Origin: Adineta vaga
Taxonomy: Eukaryota > Animalia > Rotifera
Direction: 5' to 3'
Length of the DNA: 64,000 nt
NCBI GenBank assembly: GCA_021613535.1
Contig: CP075496.1
Span: 6,572,001-6,636,000 of the forward strand
This document shows, piece after piece, positions 1-12,700 of this stretch (position 1 is the stretch's first letter; every line of letters begins with the position of its first letter). A program made the translations under genes and the position numbers. The notes beneath the pieces were generated by a model, which made no database searches, was not told the origin of the DNA, and saw only the letters and a program-made list of their open reading frames with translations.

Positions 1-65
1 TCTATTTCAGCACTTTTTAAAATGTGTATAGTTATAGAAAAAAAGAAGATTCGATATACTTTTAG

Positions 66-623
66 GCGAATATATCAATAGCATCAAATTGTCTTTCAAA
101 TTGGAATTTAACTTTTAATTATGTACGATCTATTATATTGAATATTGAATCAAATTCAATGAAGAGATATGAGCGTATCGCCATAATGGAACGAATTCTT
201 GATGCATCATCAAATCTTTCACATCTTGTCGTGTCATGGAAAGATTTTCGTCATACCAGACGACAATATTCAAATATAAGACATCTAAATATTATGTTAG
301 ATAAAGGTTATTATGAAGATTTCAAAGATTATTTTAATTTTCATCGAATAATTGAAATAACACCACATTTAAATTCTCTTAAGATGGAAAATTCAATTAT
401 GATGTTAAATGAAAATCTTATTGAATTTATTTTGAATATTATTCGACAATTTGATGAATTAATACATTTAATATTAAATAAAAAATGTCATTATGGATCT
501 AAATATAGTAAAAAAGTCATATTTAGAGATAAATTATTTGCAACTCTTCATAATCAATTATTTGATTGGAATAAAAGTCAATTTGAATTTGGTGGAAATA
601 ACGAATTACGTATTTGGCTTTAA
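66..623 (+). CDS. 3' terminal exon of a lineage-expanded F-box/LRR-like protein (partial; 5' part outside window)
   Basis: Acceptor tttag ends at 65 and the frame is open 66-623. Leu-rich LxxLxL-type repeats (SNLSHLVV, IRHLNIML, PHLNSLKM, ELIHLIL) and a C-terminal LRIWL, as in expanded rotifer F-box/LRR-like families (recall-based). Confidence 0.5.
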   Translation, partial: ANISIASNCLSNWNLTFNYVRSIILNIESNSMKRYERIAIMERILDASSNLSHLVVSWKDFRHTRRQYSNIRHLNIMLDKGYYEDFKDYFNFHRIIEITPHLNSLKMENSIMMLNENLIEFILNIIRQFDELIHLILNKKCHYGSKYSKKVIFRDKLFATLHNQLFDWNKSQFEFGGNNELRIWL

Positions 624-1638
624 TATCATTACATATGGGTTCATATTCATACCGATGTTTATCGTATGAAAGTAATTTAGACAAACTGAATAAATCTATG
701 AATTATCTTGTTATAGAATTCGAAATTGAGAGATGTTATTACATTCGTTCGTTAATTGTTTAATATGATGTCAATACTAATGCTTTTTCTACTATCACAT
801 GTGAATTTATAAAAATTAATTTTTAATAATAAATATTCGTTTTCATTTTCGAATATTAAGAAAAACAGATTGATAATAAAATGCATAGAGTAAATCATAA
901 TTTTGAACATAAAAATAAAAAATTAATTTCATTTGAAAACATTAATGAAAATGTAAATATTGATCTTTATTCAAAACTAAAAGTATCGATTGATTAGCTT
1001 TCAAAACATTGAAATTGTTTATTTGGAAAGATGATCTATTGGTGTCAGTTCGCATTGAATTAATCCAAGAGAAATCTGTAAATGAAACTATATTTCGATT
1101 GACTAATAGATGATTATTATGAAGAGTTTTTGAATTATATCGTTGTTGAAAATAAAACTTTCACTAGACACGAACGATCTATTCATACATGCGACGTTGG
1201 AAGACTTACGATCGCAGAATCAATGACGGATACGTGTTACTTCTTTGATCGTATGATTTTTCAACAACTCCGCTTTTTTCCTATCGTCAGAATTGATATT
1301 GCATAATGAATTCTTCAGTTACTCATTAATGCATCTTTTTTATGTATCACTAGATGAATATTGTAATGAATACGAAATACTGTACTTTTTTCATCATCGC
1401 TCAAGTACTCTAAATCAATTTCAACTACGATAGAAAAATTGTGATCGATCACATCACATAAATTATGCACAAGGCGTACTACACATTCTTAAATGAATCA
1501 CAAGTATACAAAGCCTTAGTTTTCTATGAGAAGTTAGATGCTGATGGTTATTTCATCACTCCTGTAAAGTTAACATTGTTTTAGCTGATTAACAAGTTAA
1601 TATTTATTATAAATAAAAATGTAAAATACAATTCATGA

Positions 1639-2277
1639 TTACAAATCAAAACTTTGTTCATCATCACTTTCATATCGTCTCAAACGAACACGACTGCGCA
1701 ACAATTCCACGTCACAGACAAATTCACACGGTACTTTTGAACACACCAAATCATTTGATATCACTGTCACAAGACCATTCTTCTTTGTCAATGATGATTT
1801 CTGTTCTTCATCATACAACACCACATAACTACCTTCTTGCATCGAAAAACGGCAGCCACATTCACATTGATAACTGTTGAGAACAAGAAGTAGACGATGA
1901 CTTTGACAGAGTTTAGCAAAATATTCTTGTTGGAACAATGATGTGGAAAGTTTCGACTGAGTCGATAGTGGAAGAGGTGATGTTGATGAAGACATGCAAG
2001 TACGAAAGAGATGACGACATTTATCGATCGATTTGTTTGTTGATGGTAGTTGTGATCGACGGCGTGGTGGTCTTGGTGGTGGAGGTGGTGAAGGTAAGGG
2101 TCGTGGTGAGAGAAGTGTATATCCGTCATCATCTTCGAGAAAAGCTACGATTGAAGATCGACAGCGAGGTGCAGCATACGGAAGATCTCGTGTTTCGAGA
2201 ATCGTTCTAGAACCATACGTTGACGAGTTACTGGATGTGGTTGATGAAAGTGAATGTAGAGAAGGATAAGACTGCAT
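1639..2277 (-). CDS. Pro-rich adaptor protein with degenerate C-terminal SH3-like domain
   Basis: Single 212-aa ORF with typical codon usage. Contains RPLPSPPPPPRPPRR; the C-terminal segment LLVLNSY...FSMQEGSYVVLY...GLVTV...SKVPCEFV follows SH3 spacing. Confidence 0.65.
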   Translation of the reverse strand: MQSYPSLHSLSSTTSSNSSTYGSRTILETRDLPYAAPRCRSSIVAFLEDDDGYTLLSPRPLPSPPPPPRPPRRRSQLPSTNKSIDKCRHLFRTCMSSSTSPLPLSTQSKLSTSLFQQEYFAKLCQSHRLLLVLNSYQCECGCRFSMQEGSYVVLYDEEQKSSLTKKNGLVTVISNDLVCSKVPCEFVCDVELLRSRVRLRRYESDDEQSFDL

Positions 2278-3520
2278 TGTATGCTGAAATGAAATGAGAA
2301 TGATTATGAATGTTGTCAGATTATTCTATCAGTGTGATATTTCAATTAGAGAAAAGATGCATCTTATATCGATCGATTCGTCCAATCAATGATTCAAGTA
2401 GCTATTCTTACCGAGATGTGTGTGCTTTATTTGAAATGGAAATGTTCGAGTGAAGGTTGAGAAGATGAATGTGATTGTGCGTATATTTATATATTTATAC
2501 AAACACTGGAAGAATGAGAGGAGAGAGAGAGAGAGAGCATATTGTCTAACGTTAATGAATACTAAACGACTTACATCAATTGAATCCAATCAATTAACCA
2601 CTCACTAATTTGCACACTCATATCGATAGAGAAGAGAGTGAAGATGTTTTTCTTCTTTTCTTTTCGTATTCAGTTTCGTTCATAAAAGTTATCATATGAT
2701 GATATCAAAATTGACTGAAAGAAGAAAAAGAACTTGTTGTTTATAGTCAATATTGTGAATGCCTGAAGGTACAGATGAATCCATCTATAGAATATTGTTA
2801 AATATGAAAGAAATAAAGTGCAGGTGAAAATGAATGAACAGCATGAAATAGTAAGGCATTACGTATGATTGTTAGATAACTAACCAATTTATATTAATCT
2901 AATGATTGGCTTTGTAAATTTGAACTAAGTACATGTAGAACTAATGTAAAATGAGCATTGTACAATGAAGAGTGACGTAAAGTTTTAGACCGTGACAATC
3001 GAATACGGCTACGCTACTATAACAAACATTGATCAAATGTGATTTTCTACGTAGACAATATTTTTTAATCGGGCGAGTAAGGAGAAATTGAGAAATAAAT
3101 TGTGTATAACGTTGGTATTATTTTAGCAGTAAATGAAATAGGTGATAGTTTAGAAAAAGTTTCTTTCAATCGATTTGGAAGATTATCTTGCCCGTATACA
3201 TTCAGTGATCTTCTTTACTTAGCAAAGAATCATCGGAATAAACTATTTAATAATAATTAATACAACATGTTCGATTTGTATTTTCATCACAAAAATCTAT
3301 TCAAATTTGAAATATTTCTGTTCTGTGTAAATTAATTAAGGGATTAATACAAGGCGCTTAGGTTTTTATTCTTAATCTCTTTTTTCTTAAAACTACGAAA
3401 AAAACTGAATGAAACAATAAAAAATACTGAATATACACAGTAGCAATATTTCTTTTTTTGTGATAATCGACAAACGACAAACTTCACCGGTATATCTTTG
3501 TTTGTCTTCGTCAAATCTCA

Positions 3521-5214
3521 TCATAAAAATATTGTTAAGAAAATTCCAAATGCAACAATCAAATGTGAACTAAGAATCAAATCTAAAAGATAAAATCGTT
3601 TGGTTTTTGTGTCGAGAAAATTCATTTCATTATCATACCTGAAGATTTATTGCTTTCTAATTCTACTGAAATATATTTTCTTAAAGGATCTGATTCACAT
3701 ACATAATTACCAGCAATATTTGCTGGTTCACCTGTATAGAACAAGGTGGATATAAATGAATGTTGAGTTGAATTTTTAATTATTCGAGCTTGTCGATTCG
3801 AATTGGCACCAAGTCGTTTATTATTATGCCACCAATGAATTTCATGTCGACGACCTGTATGATTATCTGTTAAAATACAATTCAAACGAATTGAATATTG
3901 ACCAAGTTCATCAGCAGGAATAATGATTTGTTTAGGGTTTATATCGAGACTTTCTAAGATTAAGTAAATGAGAAAGAAAATAAATCAAAAGAGAAAAGAA
4001 AAATAAGCAAATTTGAACTAACGTATAACACGAACTTGATAAGCCATTTGAATTGTTTTAGGTGACAGTGATTTACACATATAAAGACCTTCATCTGAAT
4101 CGGTAACTTTTGCCAATGTTAATATTGTTGAATATGCAATTGATGAATCATTAATTTGTTGAACTTTTTGTTGAATACTATAACGTGTTTCAGTCGGTGT
4201 TAATGATTGTGCATTGAGAAATAAGGGTCGCCAGTATGGTTTATGTGTATGAGAATTACTATGAAAATCAGTTAAGTTTTGATAAAGCCATTGGACAATC
4301 TATAAATAAAACAAAAATAAGTCAACGCATATGAATATAAAAATTTATTTACAGTTTTATCACTGTCTTCCTCTTGAAAGGTACATGAAAGAGACAAGTC
4401 AGAACCATATTCTGCTGTAACACGTTTTGGTTGTGTTCGCCATGTCGCTAAAAAGAAGATTTAATGAAAATTGTTTTTTTTTATTCTAGTTTTTCGTTAT
4501 CTACTCAATCTATATTCTTTTTGGAGCTTATTTAGATGTGACTAATTGATTCACGATTAGATATTTGAGTCATTGAAAGAGTTTTATAATGTCACAACTA
4601 ACAATTTTCGCAATATAAAACAATTCAAGGTTGTCTCGTAACGTTTCTTGCTTTTTTTTTAAAGAATCGGAACTACTTTTCTTCTTCTAATTTGCCATAT
4701 CAATTTGTAAAGATGACTATTTCACAATAAAGTATTGAAAAAAAAAGAAAGTTTATTCTGTAATTGAGCTAAAAAAACATATATTTTAGATTCCATTGAT
4801 TCAATTCTTTATCAATTAATCTATTCTAAAAATTGACGTTTACATAGAATCAACTTCTTCTATCGTGAGATGATATTTGAATTAGCTAATTGAAATCCTT
4901 CTATTTACTGACAGATTATTCTTCATCAATCTAATTCAACTTGATAGACATTCTTCTTCCTAATTTAACCTTTCTTTTCCTTTTCTATAACTGTAAATTA
5001 TTCCATGAAACTTCATTGAAATGTCTTGCTCGATTATTTTCATCTAAAATACACATCATAATCGATATCCTTCGGGGAATAATTTTTGCCTGATAGATTC
5101 TTTTTCATTAACTGACCTAGTTAATCATAAATCAATTATCCAAAACTTACCAGAGATAATATCAATCAAGAGAAGTAATAACCAAATAATAGTTAATTGA
5201 CGATAAAAAATCAT
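3521..5214 (-). CDS. Two-Ig-domain, probably GPI-anchored cell-surface protein (Dpr/ZIG-8-like)
   Basis: Five exons spliced by hand. Signal peptide MIFYRQLTIIWLLLLLIDIIS; Ig1 (LSLSCTF...VQWL...LTLAKVTDSDEGLYMC); Ig2 (LNCIL...IHWWHN...AGNYVC); hydrophobic C-terminus DLILSSHLIVAFGIFLTIFL* with no cytoplasmic tail. Confidence 0.8.
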
Positions 5215-5977
5215 TTCTTCGTTTTGTTTTGTTTTCTTTCTTCTATATCAAATAATATTCTGAAATAAAACAGAGAAAGTATTATTCACGTTGATAATGA
5301 GAGTTTTGACACCAATGTATCAATAACATCTGATACGTACATTCATTATCCAACATTTCAGATCATAATAACATTTCTTTATATCGTTCAAAAAAAAAAG
5401 AAAAATGTTCGATGTTACATCATAATCTGACGAAGAACTATTTTATTCTCTTGTTTAACAAAACGAACAACGTTCAAAATCACTAATTGAAGAAGGCGGT
5501 GAAATATGTGTATATATTGTTCACTAGAATCGTCTTCTCTCTTTTGTTCTATGACACGCACGCAATGGATACTATACAATAGTAATTAGAACAACACACA
5601 CATACTACTGAGAAATATGTACAGATGATCATAGCCAACTGACTACCCCTCCGGAGAAGACGAGTTCACTCTCGCCTATTTACAAATTGATTAAAAATGA
5701 ATGAAACTGAATTACTTCCCATGCGTCATACAATAGTCGTTGTGGTCAATAGTCGAATAGTGTCCGTGGCGGTGATGATGAAGAAACATACACACCCAAG
5801 AAGCCTTAGTAATACACACACGACATATATCGTCTATGTCATGCAACTACGCGTGGACATTACTACACGACTTAAGAACAACTAACAATCATCATCTTTA
5901 TATTCGGGTCATATTTACACTGACTACTTTATGATAGATACGTGCTAAAGAACGTTCACTTCTAAGTATTCTGTCTC

Positions 5978-5998
5978 ATATATATATATATATATATA
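5978..5998. repeat. (TA)n microsatellite
   Basis: Directly visible dinucleotide run. Similar TA, GA and CT runs occur elsewhere (e.g. about 8550, 10640, 40320). Confidence 0.9.
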
Positions 5999-8900
5999 CA
6001 TACATTGAGAATAAATTTTTAGTCAGGCTATATATATTCAACGAAGAAGAGTTTTTTCTTTAAAGAAAAAAAAGAGAACAAAAATGTCATATTACTTATT
6101 CAAAACTGTTGTTCATGAACATTTACTTTACATTTTATGAATTGTATTACATCGAAGTTAATAATGTTTTGTTTGCGTTTCATAATCAACTTGTAACTGT
6201 TCTGAAGAAGAAGAACAAGAAGAGAAGGAGAGGGGGGGGCTGATAGCGAAGCAAGAAAAGTCAATTGATTGATGGAGTACGAATAATTGATTTGAACGGC
6301 GAAACAGAAGGAAAAAAAGAAGAAGCAAAGATATCAATGAGATTTAGTACTAACTGACGAAAACAATGAACGATCTTTTATTCTACTTTGTATTCTCAAT
6401 TATTCTAGAATATTGCATGTTTAACAATTTAATTTTATGCTAAAGAAGAAGAAGGACACCCACCCTCATCTGTTGTCTGATTATCAATACATGTTCTCTT
6501 TTCTCATGTACAGTGAATACTATCGGAAACAAGAAAATACTCATTCTGTACATATAATAGATGCTCAGGCAATGATCACTGACAATAACCGACAAAGTTG
6601 ATTATCCATCATTAAAGACATGACATCAGATGATCTTGAAATCACTTCAGGCAATAGAATGGTATTTTGGCTTATATAAAAAAGAAATCTGAGTATTTAT
6701 ATAAAAATGATTATGTGTGTGTGTGTGTTTGATATAAGAAAAACGAAAGAAAATGATTGAGTATAGCATATGCATTGCTCATTACGTGGCTATACTCAAC
6801 AATGCATGAACAAATAATAATCACACACACACACACATGAACCAAAGTTAGTTCATTGACAATCGATCTTAGTGCTGCTTGTACACGATGACCTTCTGGT
6901 AGAAAACGCTCATTCACTGGAGTGCTAATTTCTTTCTCTCATTTTTTATGCCGCACGCAAAACTCGATCAAGTGTATGAAACGGTTTCCTCTTCTTCTTC
7001 TTCTTCTTTATTCTATGCATCGTCCACCGGTGCAAACTTTGTGTCATTAGACATTAATTCTGCTGTCATACTATTACCGTCCACGTATATGTCGTTACCA
7101 TTACTTACTTCATTCACCTGTTATGACAGATCTTTATTCTTGTTGCTTGTTCACATACAACATTGAACAGTAGTCACTACTTCTCAAGTGGACGAAATGG
7201 GAGGAGAAAGAATGAAAGACATTGAATACTTTCTCTCTTGTTCTCTTTATTCTCTCTGTCTTCTTTGTCGCTTCTCTTATCTATGTATAGATCAAATATT
7301 TTGGAGTTCTTCTTTTCTTTCTTTCTTTTTTTAATATATCTATATTCTATCAAAATGAACCGCAAAAGAAGAAAAAGAGATCGCCGACCGGACATGTGCC
7401 TCTGTTGAATTGATAAAAGACGTGCGAATGAAGAAGTTTTTGTATGTATATATACATTTGAAACAAATAAAAAGTGACACAGTACGACAATGACAGACGC
7501 ATCCCGCTGTGTCTCGTGATCCGCAAAAGACATTGTGCATGTGTGCCGTTCAACTGGCGGAAGTTTTAAAAATTGGCTCCTTCCGATTCGGAGACGGGAA
7601 ACTTCATGAATAGACTCAATAAAGCTTTAACTAACTTCAATAGACGTATATGTGTATATCTACATATATATTTATTGTCGACATTCAATTAGACAAAGAA
7701 AAATGCTAACCTGTATATTATTGTTGTGTGACAATACCTATAACTAAGATAAGTTCAAAAGAATAATCTAAATGAATGCATAGATAAACTGTCGGTAAGA
7801 AGAAAAAAGTCAAAGAACATTTTCGATGTTAATCGAATAAACGTGTGTTGGACACTAATCGGTCTCTTGACCCTTTGATTGCATCATGTTTTATGTCCTA
7901 CCAGTTAGTATACGAGAGGAATATGATGATGATGCTGATGATGGTAATGATGACGACAACTAAGTATGATAATCTCTGGGCAGTAATTGAATTTAGTTAG
8001 ATGTATATACGTATATGTCGTCAGTACAGACCACGCCTAAAGGCTCTTGTGCATCTGAATAAATCACTCGACTTTGACCTATTCGCATCATCCTTAGTAT
8101 AGATTGCTCTATACACATTGAATTACTCTCCTTTTCTCCTCTCATTTCTGTAGTGTCAAGGATTCAACAAATGTAGTATGTACTTGGACGTATGGAGTAA
8201 GCAGAAGAAGAAAAAGAAGAAGAAGAAGAGAGAGTCCCGAGAGCATCAATCATTTGTGTGACATATGAGAACCGTCGTTCCAAGTGGATGAGTTTTCCTC
8301 TTTTCTGTTTATAAACACTAGGAACTAGAATGTAGTGTCTCGATCCGGTAAGGTCAATAGGAATGATAGAAGAGAAGAAAGATGGCCATGATGTAAGAGC
8401 TCTTTACGCCTATCTGCATGTAAAATTAGCATTTTCTCCTTCTTATTTCTTCTAACAGTTAAGCGGAAGTCTGTCCTTCTTAATAACGAATTTGATACTG
8501 ATTGAGTACACAGAATTTATCTCTATCTCTCGCTCTCTCTCTTTGTATGTATATATATATATATATATTTATATTAGTGAAATCGATCTCTTTTTTTCTT
8601 CTATTCGCACGTCAATGAACACGTTGTATGATATCTTTTTATGTGTATGTTTTGTGTATTGTCGATAATACATCAACACACATACAACTAAATTGTTAAT
8701 GATCAAAGTGTGCATGTGAGTAGTAAGGACAATAGTAACTAGTGAAATGAAACACATATATGCACAAAGATAACCTTCCGCAAGACTGACTTTAGTTTAA
8801 AAGAGTCGGCGTGTAGAAAGCCTTAAGGCGTCCATTCAATACAACTGCATTTGCAGTCAATCAATCGAGCGAACGAACGCACGACAACAGATTGTGATAT

Positions 8901-9742
8901 GATGAGACGACAATAATAATAACTTATAATACAATAGGTATACAAGAGCGAAACAAAAACGATGAGAATCATGTTTGTTGACTGAAGGTCATTTGACGCG
9001 TGCTAAAGAAACCTTATTTAAAGTATTTATTGTGTCAAGATATATATATATTATTCTCATATGATAAGACGAAAAAAGAATGCCTGACACTGATCGTAAG
9101 TTGGACATTGGATATGATCTGGTCTGACGTTGCTTCATATTTCAATTTGTATGTCATCGAAATGACATATCAAGCATCCGACCGACTTACCTCTACTTAA
9201 TGTTTAAAATTCAATTAGTCAACTGAACTATCAAGGGAAATGTATCATCCTTTGAACATTGTATTTATAGATGTGTGACTACGTAACATGTACTCATCAT
9301 TGAACCATTAACGAGGCAACACTTTTTTTATTTGATCGTGCATATTGCGATATTATTATCATCAAACGGAAAAAAAGAAGAGAAAAAGCAAGAGAAGAAA
9401 CCGAACGAATGAACGACGATCGGTTGATCGACCGAGGCGATCAATGTGCACAAAGAGTATAAAGAGAAAAAAAAATATATATAAATAAGAAAAAAAAACC
9501 GCCAACACAACAAGGCCACAGAGGGAAACGTCTTAATAGTGACGAGTATACATACACACAAATACACCACTCTAACTTTTCCGGAAATGTTATACAAAAA
9601 AAAACGAGAGAAAGAAAAGACAAACGTTGATCTATCCTGGTTTGAAAAAGAAAACAAGATACTAAAAAAAGCAAAGTCATCAACTGTTTGTCACTTAGAC
9701 CAGAACAAGGAAGAGAAAATGACGGAACATACAAGATACATT

Positions 9743-12700
9743 TTAAACATATCGAATTAAATACGTATAAACAGCTGGTAATTCTGTTTGTCCATTTGTA
9801 TTCAATTGGACATCATTTCGATGATTTGTTGTTGCAGCATAAATTGTAAAACTATAAACACCTTGTCTAGGTAACTTTAATGCAAATATAACATTAAAAC
9901 CACCATTAGGTTGAATTGTCACATAATCCGATGCGTTTAAACGTTGATTTAAATTTGTTGATGGCGTACGTGACGAATGATCAGACGGTGCATGATGATA
10001 GATCAAATCAAATGAAAAATCAACCATTTTACGTATTTGATATTGTAATTCAAGTGAATTCGTTGCCTGTAATGTTATTGACGGATCAGGATGACTGATT
10101 GGAGTCATACCGAATTCTAAAAGTAGATTTGTATTTCCGCCTATTTTAGGCATTGCTATTGAAGGCGATGTTCCTGAACCATTTGTATCTCGTGATGATG
10201 TTGAACCTTGAAAAATATATGTATGAGTTATTTAATTTTTTTTGACATGAAGAAGATGAAAATATTATTACAGTTTTTTTTTCGTCTCTTTGGTGAAAGA
10301 AAACATTTCATATTTTAGAAATCAAATTTGACAGCAGGAAGAAAGTGTCATTCAAGGCAATAGATGAGATCATATTTCTTTTCTATTAGTTTTTGATTGA
10401 GTAGATCGAATGGAGTTGTTTTCACTTGAGGTTTATCAAGAAAAAAACGACGAGAAAGAACTTAATATTATTTCCCAAGAGAAAAATCTCAAAAATAGAC
10501 TTTCGATTGGAACAATCGTAGATATACATATTCGAAAACCTTGAAATTTGCTTGAAACAACAGGAACATGTCGACGAACGGGAAATCGATCAAATTAATA
10601 GAAAACAATAACCTATTTGCTTTTAGTAATGAAATCCGAAAAGAGAGAGAGAGAGAGAAAGAAAGTGATTACATTAATTTTATGATCGATCGACGTCAGA
10701 CATTAAATAATCGATGATTGATATATATTAGTCAAGCTATTCTAAATTAACCATCAAGGACTCAAAATAAATTGACTAGAACAGATATTTGTCTCTCAGT
10801 TATCTTGCAAAATGTCAGAGATATTATTGAATATATTTATAACACTTACGAGGTGATACACTTCGTTCTGATTGAAAAAAATTTGCATTGCCACGTGGTG
10901 ATGCTATTCTTTGTTGTCCATTAGATTTGGCACTATCAAAAGAATAATCGTGATATAAATGATTATTATTGTTATTATTATCATTGTTATTCGTTGCTGG
11001 TTGTGTTGCTATTGTTGGATCAACAGTAGGTGGTTTCGAATAATTAATAATATATTTGCAACAATGTGACATTGTGCGTTTCTCTGTTTGATATTCTGGA
11101 TCACGTGCATATAAATCAATTCCATATTGTCCATCATGTGGTAAATGAATAAGAAATGATATGATAAAATCGTATTCATCATATTCATATTTGACATATT
11201 TATCGAGCATATTTGATGCTGCTGAATTTGATATGATACTCTGATCATGATTGATCAATGGATATTGATTTGAACTTAATTTACCATGAAATTTCAGTTG
11301 TTTTGGACAACGAAATTTAATTGTAATTGGTAATTGATGTGTTTCAAATATGGCTTGAAAATGAGTCAACGGACAGATATTAAAATGACGAATAGCTTTC
11401 GCTGGACCCCATTCACCTGATGCACAAGCAGGAAGAGGATGCTAAAGAGACAGAAAAAAACGAAACGCATATAGGAGAGGTTAAAATGGAAAATGAAACG
11501 AGTTACAATGTTTACCATTCGTTGTATTAAGTGTTTACAGACGATACGATATTTACAGACACATTTTAATTTAAAACTTTGACCAAATGGATTTGGATCA
11601 GGTTCCTAGAAAAAACAAATGAAATGAGTGGTTTGGGAAAAGTAGATAATGATCGGCTAATTTGACTTGCAAATAGCCTCGTATAGAACATCTCCCTTGA
11701 GACTGTGATAGAATATTATGTTAACTCTCTTATGAAAAAAACTGAAACTAACTTTCTATTATTGAAAAATCAATAGGTTGCGTCATAAAACACAGTCTCT
11801 AGACGCTACATGTCTCTCAAAATAATATGAATAGCATGTTAACTTCGTTTGTTTTTCGGTCGCGTCTAATGAAAAAAAATATTCATTGATCATTACCACA
11901 AGTGATGCAAAAACTTCAATAAAATAATCTCCTTCTTGCGGAACATGAATATTAAACGACACGAGATCATCTTGAACTGTATGTAATACATAACGTTCCA
12001 ATCGAACGCCTTGAAATTCACTTAAATCTTCTCCTTGTTCATTCGTTGATGAATGTGCAAAACGTAGATGAAAATGGAACGCAAGACGATGTTTAAGTGA
12101 ATCAGGCATACGTAATTTGATATCACATGCGCCTCGATTATCAGTTTGTATAACTGCATGTTGTTGATTAACAAATGACAAATGATAATGAAAGAAAAGT
12201 GAACGAACAAATGGTAATTGTTCAAATTGTTGTAATGTTATGGGTGATTCAAGTAATTGCCATTCTGTTTTATAAGGAAAAAATTCCAAAATAAAATCTT
12301 CGGGATCGGGAAGGAAATAATGTTCATCATACTATAACGAAAGAAAAATCGAATGATTTTCAATTCAGTGTGCATTTTTCTATTCTACCTGATATTTAAT
12401 TTTTTCTCGTGTTGGTTTCGGTGGAGCAACATCAACTTGTTTTTTATCTTTACTCATAACTAAATGTCTACAATAGCAATTTATCAATACAAACATGTAA
12501 AGATCATTTAAATTCTCCTACCTAGCACCCCAATTACATTGAACAAATCTCCATTCACTATCAATTACTACAGCATTCCATGTATTAGTAAATTTTCCTT
12601 CAGCAATCTGCATTCCTGGTTCATAACCAACACTTTTTGAATGACCTTTCACATCAACACAATATATAGCTGCAAAACTAAAATACGAACAAAAAAATGT

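Noticed and set aside
5697-9760. Many short ORFs in the ORF track
   Set aside because: Low-complexity F/L/K/I-rich translations of AT-rich and microsatellite sequence with no splice-consistent structure.
10540-10612. Possible alternative exon in a hillarin intron (FDRFPVRRHVPVVSSKFQ)
   Set aside because: No acceptor in the required phase; a stop lies immediately upstream in that frame.
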